Origin: Selaginella moellendorffii
Taxonomy: Eukaryota; Plantae; Lycopodiophyta
Direction: 5' to 3'
DNA: 64,000 nt
NCBI RefSeq assembly: GCF_000143415.4
Contig: NW_003314387.1
Location: 248,001 to 312,000 of the forward strand
The translations under genes were made by a program, and so were the position numbers. Positions 35,474-46,169 of this stretch are shown piece by piece; position 1 is the first letter of the stretch, and each line of letters starts with the position of its first letter. The notes beneath the pieces are model-generated. The model saw only the letters and a list, made by a program, of their open reading frames with translations, had not been told where the DNA came from and did not search any database.

Positions 35474-37787
35474 ATGGAGGAGTTGGATTGGGACGAAGCG
35501 CTTCTGCTGCCAAACGAAGTCCAGGATTTTCTAGATGCGTACTTGGAAGGCAAAGTTTCACTCCCTGTAGATGATGATTATGGCGTGCCTGTCTACATGA
35601 AGGTACCGAGTATGCTGCTGTTCCGGATAGGTCAGTCGGAGCATTCCTGCTGTGCCCAGCTGAAAGAGCAGCTCGAGAACGCCGAAAGTCTAGGCCGTCG
35701 ATGCATGATCGTTTCTGGTGTCTCAGGATGCGGGAAAACAAGGTCATTGTATGATCTTTTCTGTGTTAAGTGCATGCAAATATATATCACAATGACCTGA
35801 CCCTCCGTTTTTCCAGGAAAGAGATGGATTTTATTTCGTCGTCACTGCCCTCAACGGGGGGTCTCAGGATCTCGAATTCTCAATCAGGATGTTGGAGAGC
35901 TTTCTGATTCGTGCCCATCGCAATCCTGAAGGTGAGAGCCTTATGGAGTTGGCCCTCAACCAGACCGTCGCCAGAGTGTTCGTGACGCTGTTACTGGCCT
36001 GCAGAATGAAGATTTATCTCTACTGCAAGAGCAAGAATATCACGTCGCGTCAGTGGCTGCTCTTGCAAGCCGCATGCAGGGGTTTAGCACAGCAAGACGG
36101 CGTTGCTCTACTGCGCGATCCTTTTTGCGAGTTCTTCAGGGGTGCGGTGACGAAGTTATGTGGTTTATCGCGGAACCAGATAGGGTCTCAGCTGGAGCCA
36201 CTGTTACACCAACTCAACTCTCCGGTGCCCATACCAACGATTGCTCTTGACGAAGCCCAAGAAGCGATGAAATTGTTTGAGGATGGCTACTTTTGGTCGA
36301 CTTCGAGGGGTGGGTACGTGCCTTTTGCGAACTGCCTGGAAAATCACTGCAGAGTGGATACAGCTCTGAAGCACGTAGTCATAGTCTCAGGCACAGGGTA
36401 CACATTGTACTTCAAGCAGGATCTTCTCTGCACTGGTATTGGTAAGCTTATAGCGGATACCGACTTTGTGAACTTCGGTATCTGGGAGAATGCTAAGGAG
36501 ATGGTTAACTACGCTGAACAGGCTATAGCACTAACAGAAGACGATGAAGCGGACTTGCGGACCCTGTACAAAGTCTTTAAAGGAAGGTTTCGACCACTGG
36601 CGTGTGTTTTGGAAATCATGATCCTAAAGGACTTGAGCCTGCGGGAGGCAGCAGCTTATGTCACAGTGGGATTGACAACAAAGCGGAGTCAGCCAGAGAC
36701 GAAGAAAACTTCCTACGGGGCGGTGTCGAAGTTGGCAGAGAAACAGGCCATTGTCCATGGAGTGAATCTCATTCAGGAACTTGAGGCGGCTGTAGTGCAG
36801 TATTTCGGTGCTGGAAGGGGTTACGTTTTCAGGGACAACGAGGACATATGTGTGGCACTGGTTGAGGCTGGTCTGGGATGGTTGGAGCGGACAGCTGCGG
36901 GGTGCATTGTTCATGTGGACGAGTACTTGGTTCTTGCAGCAGCTAGAAATTATTTTCAAGATCAACACCAGGCAAAGGGATTCCTCCCGAGTAGTTACCT
37001 GCCATCAAAGTGGCTGCGACTAACGGCTGCTGTGCCTTATCCGTCAGGCCAGGGGTTGTGCTTGCAGAACTTCTTAGCTCTATCGTTTGAGAGCATGTGG
37101 GAGAAGTTCGGTGGTAAAATGGCAGACATGCCACTTCTCAGACCACTGCTGCAGGCAAGCGGCTGCCCTCAAGGGTTTCAAGAGTTGGCCGCTAGGAAAG
37201 GTGAAGTTGTGAAAGGCTTGATCGATGCATTTGTTTCTGCCGACGGCTACGATCCAGAAGTCTTTCTTGTGGACTTGGAAAGGGATGATCCACTCTGCAC
37301 GACATGGATCTCAGGAGACAACACTGCCGGTGCTGATGCTGTGCGAGGCATTCGCTACAAATTCAATGAAGGGAATGGAGACACAGAGGTGTACGTGATG
37401 CACGTCTTGGAGCAGCACAAGTTTCCTAAGAATGCACTGAGCTCGACCAATACCGGTTTTCCTGAGGATACAGAAGCATACAAGTTGCTCTCGAGCATTC
37501 AGTTAAAGCTCTTGGTAATGCCGCCGCAGTTGAAGGGAGATCAATGTCGCTATTTCTGGGAGATGCATGCGGGAGGGAAAAAATCAGGCTTCGTCGTCTT
37601 GGATGCAGAGAATGCTGCAGACCTGTTTGGTGATGAATCTGCTCTCGAATTCTTGAGGAGGATGAAGTTCGGCCCCAGTGCCCTGCAGGCTGAAGCTCAC
37701 GAGCGGAAGCGGAACTTGCCACCACCACGCGTAAAGCGGTCCAAACGGTCGAAGTTTGCCCAAAGGTGTGACTTCGTCTCAGGGTGA
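35474..37787 (+). CDS. Crinkler-like P-loop NTPase + PD-(D/E)xK/REase-fold protein (about 753 aa, 2 exons)
   Basis: A phase-0 intron at 35765-35816 joins Walker A (IVSGVSGCGKTR..DLFC|ERDGFYF...GGSQD) to Walker B (IALDEAQE), VIVSGTG, KGRFR and VDEYL. C-terminal GQGLCLQ...AGAD...VLEQHK is REase-like, followed by a basic NLS-like tail RKRN...RVKRSKRSK. Confidence 0.75.
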
Positions 37788-38047
37788 GAGCAGGACTATA
37801 CTGTGTATGATCTAAGATGATTGTGACCCAAGTGCTGATCCTGTGGTGAGAATTGTGAAAAGCTTTTGGAAGAGACTTATAGAACTTGTATCTTGAAGTT
37901 CTAAGTTTCTTATTATAATTGTGTTTTATATGTGAAATATTTTGAATTAATAACGGGAGTCTTGACTGATATCGTATGTCAATATGTCAATATCGCTTGC
38001 TCTGGCCACTTTATATTAAAGACATTTATCATGGTTATAAATGTTAA

Positions 38048-38121
38048 GCTTTCATAGCTCAGCTGGTCAGAGCACCCGTTTAGTAAGCGGGAGGTCCTGA
38101 GTTCAAATCTCAGTGGAAGCA
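38048..38121 (+). tRNA. tRNA-Thr(AGT)
   Basis: GCTTTCATAGCTCAGCTGGTCAGAGCACCCGTTTAGTAAGCGGGAGGTCCTGAGTTCAAATCTCAGTGGAAGCA. Intact cloverleaf. Confidence 0.93.
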
Positions 38122-38126
38122 TAGGC

Positions 38127-40850
38127 TCAATGCTTTCCCTCCAGGACGCTGGCCAGTGCCACATAAGGCGAGTCGTTAGTGGAGCTTAGTCCCTTCTTCC
38201 CGGGCATGGATTTTGCGATGGCGAGAACTTCGTTGGCTGCGCGCTTGCCCCTCTCGACATCTCCATAGCTCTTGGACGACGCGAGCAGCATGTTCCATAC
38301 TACACAATCCGGTACAAATGGCATGTTTTCGATGAGCTCCTCGGCCTTGTCCAGCCTTCCCGATCGCCCCAAGAGATCCACCATGCAGCCATAGTGCTCG
38401 GCTCTCGGCATTGGATCGTCGCCAGGCTTGTCCTCCAGCACACACAGGAAGATTTCCCTGCCTTGTTCCACCAGGCCAGCGTGAGAGCACGCAAACAACA
38501 CCGCCACCAAGCTGCTGCTGCTTTGCTCCAATCCTTCCAGTGACATGCCCCGGAAAGCTTCCAGCGCCGATTCGCAGCGCCCGGCCTTAGCGAGCTCCAC
38601 CGCCATTGTGTTCCACGAGATGACGCTTTTCTCCCCCATTGTTTCGAAGATCACGGTTGCTTGCTCGAGCCTACCGAGCTTGCCATACATGCTGACGAGA
38701 GCATTCGCTACAACCACGTCACGCTCCAGGCCTGCTTCCAAAACTCGAGCGTGGATTTGCGAGCTTTGCTTTGACGCTCTCAAGTCCCCGCAAGCGTCGA
38801 GGACGCTGATCAAGGTCACCCTGTCCGGCTTCAGGCCTTCCAAATCCATGTGTTGGAAGAGTTTCATAGCTTCGGTTGCTTGATTGTTTTGAGCATAGGC
38901 CGCCACTAAAGAGCTCCAAGAGATCTCGTTCTTTCTCTCTTCCATGCTCCAGAACACCTCCTTTGCGTTTCCCAAGCTGTGGCACTTCCCATACATGTTG
39001 ACGAGGCTGTTACACACGGCAACGTTAGAGCCATAGCCAGATTCGATAATGCGGGAACGAAGAAACTCGCCTTCTTCAATTTCCTCCCAAACAGCTGCAG
39101 CATCGACCATGCTGATCAAAGTTATAGCGTTTGGCTTCACTCCTTCCATATCCATTCTCCTTCGCAGCTCAAACACGTCTCTACCTTTGCTGGCACTAGA
39201 ATCGTTTTCTCCTGCTGCCTGCACGTAAATGGAGAGCATTACATTCCATGAAACCACGTCTCGCCCGTAACTCAAGCTCTCGAAAACACTCCTTGCCTCC
39301 TCCAAATCATCACACTTACCATACATATTGACGACGCAGTTCGCCACAGTGGGAAGCAAATCCATTCCGCTCGCCACGGCACACTGGTGAACTTGTCTCC
39401 CCCGTCTCAGATCTGCAAAACTCGCGCAACAGTCGAGGAGCGTGACGAAAGTTACTGGATCCGGCTGGAAACCTTCTAAATCCATCTGCTGAAACAGCTC
39501 CCAAGTGCCTTGAATTCCCTGCTCGTTCTGGGAGCACGTAGACAGCATCGAGTTCCAGGACACAACGTCCCTCTTCGCGTGAGACAAATCAAAAACTCTT
39601 TTTGCGCTGTCTAGCCTTCCCAACTTGCCAAACAAGTTGACAAGCGCAGTCGCCACCACCGGATGCTGATGGAAACCATTTTCTAGAACGCGATCGGTGA
39701 TTGCGATTATGAGCTTCGATCCTGCTGCAGCAAAAGAAGAAGAAAAAGAAATATCAGTCCAAGCACAAGCATCCAAGATGCTAACAAAAGTTACCTCGTT
39801 CGCCTGTACTCCTTCCAGATCCATTTTCTGGAGCTGCCTGATCGCCTCCCAGAAGTATCCGTTCTGAGAAAACGCTGCTATCGTTCCGGACCACGAGACA
39901 ACGTTTTTTTCGTCCAGCTTCTCAAAGCTTTCTTTCATCTTTTCCATGTCCCCACACTTCCCATAAGATCTTACGAGCAAGTTGAGGAGCTTGTCGTCTT
40001 TCTCTAGTCCGGTCTCGATGATCTGGAGGTGGATTTCCTCGCAAACTCTCGCATCCCTCGTCTCCATCACAGCCTCGAGAATGGTGATAAACGTCACACG
40101 GCAAGGCTTGACCCCATCAGCTTGCATGCTCCAAAAGCACACCATCGCACGATCTGGATGCCCGTTCTGGACGAAAGCCGAGATCATGGCAGTCCAGGAC
40201 ACCAAATCTTTGTTACAAATCTCATCAAAGACCGATCTCGCTTGATCCACCTCGCAGCATCGGCCGTAGAGACTGACGAGAGCATTCTGGATCATCACGT
40301 CATCCGGAAGAAATCCCTCCTGTTTGATCCGAGAATGAAACCACTGCCCTCGAGAGAAGCTCTTGCAACAACCCAGTGCGCTGATGATTGTCACACGGTT
40401 GGCTCTCACCCCCTCAAGCTCCATCTTCCAAAAGCACTCAAGAGCATCGTCGAGATGCCCATTCTGGGCATAAGCTGCGAGCATGATTGTCCAGGAGAAA
40501 ACATTAGAATCCTCCATCCTGTCAAGAATTTTCCGGGCTTCCTCCAGAGCACCACACTTCCCATACATGTTGATGAGGAGATTCTCCACAAACCTGTTCT
40601 TGCCCATTCCACACTCCACGGAATGGCGATGGATTCGTTTGCCCGCTTCCAGAGCACCCAACCTGACGCACCAATCCAGCATAAGTGCGTATGTGGAAGG
40701 ATTTGCATCGCGCTGGTGCTGCTCAAGATCCTCCACTGCCTGCTCTAGCTCCAAAATGCCACTGGTGGCTGGAAACAATGCCATAGAATGGTGGAACACA
40801 TTCAAAAAAAAATTTGAAACGCGATTCAAATTAGGATTGCAGTAGGGCAA
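38127..40850 (-). CDS. PLS-class PPR protein, E subgroup, no DYW (true start probably the ATG of MALFPAT near 40784)
   Basis: PLS array. Ends CSHAGLVEQG...AEHYGCMVDLLGRSGRLDKAEELIENMPFVPD...PYVALASV. Confidence 0.95.
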   Translation of the reverse strand: MPYCNPNLNRVSNFFLNVFHHSMALFPATSGILELEQAVEDLEQHQRDANPSTYALMLDWCVRLGALEAGKRIHRHSVECGMGKNRFVENLLINMYGKCGALEEARKILDRMEDSNVFSWTIMLAAYAQNGHLDDALECFWKMELEGVRANRVTIISALGCCKSFSRGQWFHSRIKQEGFLPDDVMIQNALVSLYGRCCEVDQARSVFDEICNKDLVSWTAMISAFVQNGHPDRAMVCFWSMQADGVKPCRVTFITILEAVMETRDARVCEEIHLQIIETGLEKDDKLLNLLVRSYGKCGDMEKMKESFEKLDEKNVVSWSGTIAAFSQNGYFWEAIRQLQKMDLEGVQANEVTFVSILDACAWTDISFSSSFAAAGSKLIIAITDRVLENGFHQHPVVATALVNLFGKLGRLDSAKRVFDLSHAKRDVVSWNSMLSTCSQNEQGIQGTWELFQQMDLEGFQPDPVTFVTLLDCCASFADLRRGRQVHQCAVASGMDLLPTVANCVVNMYGKCDDLEEARSVFESLSYGRDVVSWNVMLSIYVQAAGENDSSASKGRDVFELRRRMDMEGVKPNAITLISMVDAAAVWEEIEEGEFLRSRIIESGYGSNVAVCNSLVNMYGKCHSLGNAKEVFWSMEERKNEISWSSLVAAYAQNNQATEAMKLFQHMDLEGLKPDRVTLISVLDACGDLRASKQSSQIHARVLEAGLERDVVVANALVSMYGKLGRLEQATVIFETMGEKSVISWNTMAVELAKAGRCESALEAFRGMSLEGLEQSSSSLVAVLFACSHAGLVEQGREIFLCVLEDKPGDDPMPRAEHYGCMVDLLGRSGRLDKAEELIENMPFVPDCVVWNMLLASSKSYGDVERGKRAANEVLAIAKSMPGKKGLSSTNDSPYVALASVLEGKH

Positions 40851-40891
40851 AAAAGAATGTAACCTAAAAACCCAAAACCCTTAATAACAGC

Positions 40892-43741
40892 ATGGGTCAT
40901 CTTGGATCTTATCGGCCAGAGGGCAATGGATTCGGCTATGTCGGCGGCGCTCAATCAAGTTTCGTCCAGCCTCAGCAAATTCCTTGGCGGCGGCAAGCTA
41001 CTCGCCCACCGTTGCCTCAGCAAGTTATTCTCCCACCATGGCAGCAGCAAGGCCAGATAGGCAACGTTGAGGGCTATGGCTGTTATGGACCCAGCTATGT
41101 TCCTCCATTGCAACAAGGCAGTGGCTGTGGATCCGGCTTGCCTCGGCAAGCTACTCTCCCACCATCGCAGCAGCAAGGCCAGATAAGCGACGGTGAGGGC
41201 TATGGCTGTTACGGACCCGGCTATGTTGGCGGTGGTCACGTCCAGCAAATTACTCGCTCACCGTTGCAACAAAGGTTCGTTCTGGGCAGTGGCTATGGAT
41301 CCGAGGTCCAGCCTCCTCCCCGACCGTGGCAGCAGCAAGGATTCGGCTATGTCCCTGGCCCTCGAACAAATTATTTCCAAACTCTTCTTCCACCGGCTCT
41401 ACAGGAAACCAGCCGGCAAGCAACGCCGCGGCAGCAGCAAGGATTCGGCTCTGGTCCTCGAATAAATCACGTCCAAACTCCTCTTCCACCGGCTCTACAG
41501 GAAACCAGCCTGCAAGCAATGACTCAGATGGTATCGACCAAGCGGATGCGTGTTGACGACGAGTATCTAGACGTAAGTGACTTTTTCTCTTTTCACTTTA
41601 TGCTTTATTTCGTTAAAGTGGGACTTTTCATTATCCCACTTATGGTGTGTGGCCACATGCCATTTTTATAACAACAATAAAAAATTAAAGTTTTAACTTT
41701 ATAATTTATAAATTAAAAACTTTTCATATGATTTTGTGTTATAATATTGTGAAATATAAAAAAATAAATTAAAAAACTGATAGAAATATTAATAAATATT
41801 AATTAAGTACTAGGAAATGGCATGTGGACACATGCTAATTAATGTCCCACTTTACTGAATAAGTCCCACTTTAACGAAATAAAGCATCTTTGAGCTCTAC
41901 TTAGCTTGTTTCAGGCACAAGGGGCTCTTGAACTCACTCGGCGTTTTTCCAAGCACTTGCGTAGAGTCTTTTGTCCCTCGGAGAACACGTATATGCATGT
42001 TCCAGAGCACATCCAGAATGACGATGAACTTTGGGAGTGGCTAAACGAGATGGGTTACGACCAACTTCGGGTCGACGATTGCATGTGGTGTCGCTGGGTG
42101 CCTACACATATCCAACTTCCAGAGAGATTTCTTGTGCATATCAGGAAAAGTGAAGCCCCGCAGAAAGTACGCGAGGTCCTGAAACAGAGGCAATGGATGC
42201 AATCGATTCGAGAGACGCAAAATCGCGAGACAACTCTACCAAATACTGCGTACGTTACCATGCACTTTGAAGCATGCCCCGAGTTGGCTTTGTGGGACGA
42301 ACAGGTTGTGAAAAGGAACGTTCCCAGGGAAATTGTTGGCATCGATGAGCTGTTGAAGCCATTGCGCCCTTTGGTTGCCGAGCTCCGGTATTTGCATTTC
42401 AGGCTCTTTGAAGCTCGAGGGGTTCCTTTGAAGAACGTTGTGGCGATGAGAGCGGCAAGAAAGAGGGGTCAGATAGATTTGGAGCTTCCTTACCACCCTC
42501 TGCTCTTACAGTTTTGCGTGGGGGCTGCTTCCGGCCAATCCGATTTTTGTTTCTTCAAGGAAGGAGGTGCTCCCGAGGATATATGCGTGCAAGCTGGTAA
42601 AACTTCTCAGCCTATCGAACTTAAAGCCGTCTTTCAGCTTGCGAAAGGCGATCCGACTGGTGGGATTGACAGGAACAGGCACGGATTTGCCAAAATGCTA
42701 CAGTGTAATAACAAAGATCCTCGACCATGGCACCTTGGGATCTTTGGCGAAAGGGTTGAACGTTTGTGGTTTGCTCTTTTTACTTACAAGGAGAACGGTG
42801 ATGTTGAGTCACTCAAAGTGGCACCAGAATTCCCTACATCACCACGCTGGGACCGAAAAAATCTTCTCTTTGACGTGGCTCCGCATTTAAATGTTGAGAA
42901 CATCTCACAGGCGACATTGCAGGATGTAGTCAGCTTAAAACCTGAACCTGGCTTCAAGCTGCTGGTGAGATATGTAGACACAGTCTGCTCCAGGCTAAAC
43001 ATCCCACTTGCTCCCATTCAGCTCCACCGGCACCACGACAACTTCGAAATTAATGTCACTGAAGCTAAAGTCATCGGTGTCGGTGGCAGGTCGATTGTGT
43101 TGCGAAAAGGTTCCAGCTCCTCTGTCATCAAAGTTGCAAAGGAATCCAGTATTTCGAGGGAAGTGGAGATTCACAAGATTGTGGACAAGTTACCTCACGT
43201 CCGGGCAATGGTGGCATTGGAATACTTCGGATCTGTCACAGGTGTAGGCGACGGTCTGGCTTGGATGGCTCTTGACGGCTTTGGACTTCCAATCGAAGCT
43301 GGAGATCTGACCAATAACTATGACCAGTTGTGGGAGCATGGAGAGAGAGCTCTGTTCGGCTTGCATGCGAATGGTGTGTATCACAGGGATGTCAAGCCGG
43401 ATAACTTTCTACTTTTCGGCCGCTTGCTGAAGCTCGGCGACTTTGATGCATCGTTCTTTGTGGATGACCCCCCGGAATTGCTCAGACAGCGTGTTGGGAC
43501 TCCCTTCTTCATATCACCGCTGTTTGACGAGGAGGAGGGGTACAAGTATCGTGATGACTGGTACTCGCTCGTTCTCTCTTTTCTGTATGTTGGAGGGATG
43601 TACAAGGGCGGACAAGATGCAGAGAAATGCTTGCGGTGTGCATTGCAGACGGACATCCCTCAGAACATGATAGACTGCATCCATTGGATAACTTCGGATC
43701 AAGCTGCCAACGGAGAGCAAAGATTTGTGGAGATTAATTAA
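40892..43741 (+). CDS. Q/G/P/Y-rich N-terminus + REase-like domain + protein kinase (Crinkler REase+kinase-like; about 835 aa, 2 exons)
   Basis: Phase-0 intron at 41573-41914 (GAC|GTAAGT...TTTCAG|GCA). Middle region SDFCF...PEDICV...PIELK. Kinase motifs IGVGGRSIV, VIK, REVEIH, HRDVKPDN, LGDFDAS, GTPFFISP, RDDWYSLVLSF. Confidence 0.8.
41600..41887. mobile_element. MITE (288 bp) inside the intron of the kinase gene
   Basis: Perfect 27-bp TIRs ATGCTTTATTTCGTTAAAGTGGGACTT / AAGTCCCACTTTAACGAAATAAAGCAT, an inner CCACATGCCATTT inverted pair, an AT-rich core, and CTTT on both flanks. Confidence 0.88.
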
Positions 43742-43859
43742 ATCATAGAGAAATCCAAATATTATCTCTCTACTTGAGGCTTCAGCCAGCGGCAGGGTCA
43801 GGCATGATGTTTTGATTAAGCGTGTACTAACAGCTTCAGCTGCTGCATCCAATAGGGGG

Positions 43860-44135
43860 CTGTCGAAGGAAAAGAGAGTTCGCAGAAACATTCAAAGCAT
43901 TGTGAATGAAGATGCCCATTCTGGACATATACTGTGAGCATGAGCGTGGAGGAGAAAACATTGGAAAGCTCCCACCAAGAATTTGCCGGGCTTCCACCAG
44001 AGCACCACATCCTATACGTGCTGGTTTGCACGAACCTGTTCTTCCCCGTGTTTGCCCGCTTCCAGAGCACCCAAATGACGCACCAGTACTCCAACATAAG
44101 CAGGATTTGCATAGCGTTGCTGCTGCTCTTGCTCG
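43860..44135 (-). pseudogene. Degenerate copy of the 5' end of the PPR at 38127-40850
   Basis: Matches 40420-40730 (RYANP..MLE.W...GALEAGK..GKNRFV...NVFS.TLML..Y.QNGHL). Confidence 0.8.
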
Positions 44136-44538
44136 CTTCCTTTGTTACATCATTTGCTTACGATGTTTCCAGCTCGAATTCCTTCTCGATACAATCACCA
44201 TCTAACGCATGAAAACTTTCACGAGTTTCAGCTAGAGGGGAAGTTCGTGCCTTCACGCCACAATCGGCTGCACGTCAGCAGCAGCAGCAACATTTCATCA
44301 GTATGCGGAAATCCCGATAGAGAATTGGAGCAGCGGTCAAAGCTACCAAGAACCCGATAGCCGGGGTGACGAGCGTTCTCGTTGCTTGATCCAGTGACAC
44401 GGCGTTATGTCTTGGAATTCGATCATGGAAATTCAAATTGCTTGGAAACACTTAGCAAAAGAATTTCCACGCTTAAACGGTCGAACTTAACAATAAAACT
44501 CACAAACAATTCTAACTAGGTAACACAAAGCAAGTTCC

Positions 44539-45517
44539 TCAGTCTAGTATAGTCGGACAGTCTGGCATTATCCCATCCCTCCAAGGCAGATCGCGAATGC
44601 GTCGATACTTTTCAGGCTTGATAGACTTGGCTTTAGCAACGACCTCCTTCCACTGTCGCAACACTTTCCCCTCGTCGCCAAACAGCTCGCGCAAGCCCTC
44701 ACTCACGTAAGAATCAATCCCTTCGATGGATACTCCCTCACTTGTGAGCACCTCCACCACTTCATACGGCTGTGGATGGCCCTTGATGGCATCGTAGAGG
44801 CAGAAACTCTCCCGGGGAATCACCTGTATGTGTGTGTGTGTGTTTATAGTTATAACAAGTGCAATGAAAACAAAGGAGTAGGGAGCGTGAGCTTACATGC
44901 ATTGGCTGGTCTCGCAGCACCACTGGAAGGGCCCGAGAGACGGCATGGTGGATACCCCACCAGGAGTTGAAGACGAGAGTGATCGGATAGAAGCTAGGAC
45001 CGGCGAGGAACGAAACGCAACCTTCCAGCACTTGCTCACTCGACCCGCTAGCTTGCTGCGCTGGCTCGCTCTCCCACTGGAGCAGCGTGGGATTGTCGGG
45101 GATGAGCTGCTCCATGCCACCCACATCCACGCCCAGCATCAGGCACAGATCTGGACCGGAGCGCGGCGTAGCATAAGCCGACGCAGCGACGGATCCAGCA
45201 AGCGCAGCCACTGCTCCATGCTGCGCCAGCCACGCCGTGAAACCCAACGCTGCATCGACTTGATGAGGCCCGTACCACAGGCATTGTGCCTCAGACCATT
45301 CGGCTACTCGCTCCTCGACGCTCATCTTGCGCCAGCGCTCCTGGCGCCAGATTTTGGTTGGCGACCAGCACCCCAGCTCCTGCAGCGTCATCTCCAAGTG
45401 CACTTCCTTGGGGACGAACTTGGGGTTGCTGCTTTCTGGCTGTGTCGCTTGGCAGCGGATCACTGGCCTGGAGGGTGCCCTGGCCGGAGCTCCATGAAAA
45501 CTTAGCGCAGCGGCCAT
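44539..45517 (-). CDS. Unknown protein with plastid transit-peptide-like N-terminus (about 301 aa, 2 exons)
   Basis: MAAALSFHGAPARAPSRPVIRCQA. A phase-0 GT-AG intron at 44824-44896 joins the two ORFs cleanly. Confidence 0.65.
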
Positions 45518-45559
45518 ACCCTAAAAGTTGACGGGCCGCATTTCATTCTTCTTCTTCTT

Positions 45560-46160
45560 CCCAGTCTCATCGATCTCCACTCCAAGTGCTGGAGCTTGGG
45601 CGAGGCCAGGGTGTTTGCTCGATCACCGCAGCTACCAGCCTCTTCCACCGGGCATTTTGACGACGCGAGACCTCTGTTCGCCGCGATCGATTTGCGAGGC
45701 TGCATCTCAATGGGGAGAATTGGCGGGCACAAGAGGCATTCGATCGCATGCGCTTCGCGTGGACGGCATTGTACGCACCCGATTGATAGGCCATGTTGGA
45801 TTCAATGGAGAGCCCCAGAATGGAAGGATCGATCCGAGGAGCTGCTGCTCAGATTCCCCCATCGGAACCTCGTCACCTGGAGCATCATGATCCAGCCGGG
45901 GCAACGAGAAGCTCTTCCACACAGTTCCCAGGAGAAGTTCTTAAGATCCAATGTGCTCAACATTTCTGGAGATGGTGTCTCTGGCTATATCCAAAGCATG
46001 TAAAACGTGGTAACGTGCACGGATATGTTCGCAGCTTACGATCTAAATGGTGGACAAAGGGAAGAACGTAATACTGTCCTCGTGGCATATGCCCAAGGTG
46101 GGTATATTCAAGAATTGAAAGAGTTATTTGGGAAGATGCCACAGCACAATGTGTCTGTCC
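45560..46160 (+). pseudogene. Fragmented PPR pseudogene
   Basis: KCWSLGEARVF, GHFDDARPLF, PHRNLVTWSIMI, VLVAYAQGGYIQELKELFGKMPQHN in mixed frames. Confidence 0.7.
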
Positions 46161-46169
46161 AGTTCTTGG

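Noticed and set aside
35474-43741. Bacterial contamination or a prokaryotic restriction/defence operon
   Set aside because: Both genes have spliceosomal introns of the local style and are interleaved with a plant PPR gene and a plant tRNA.
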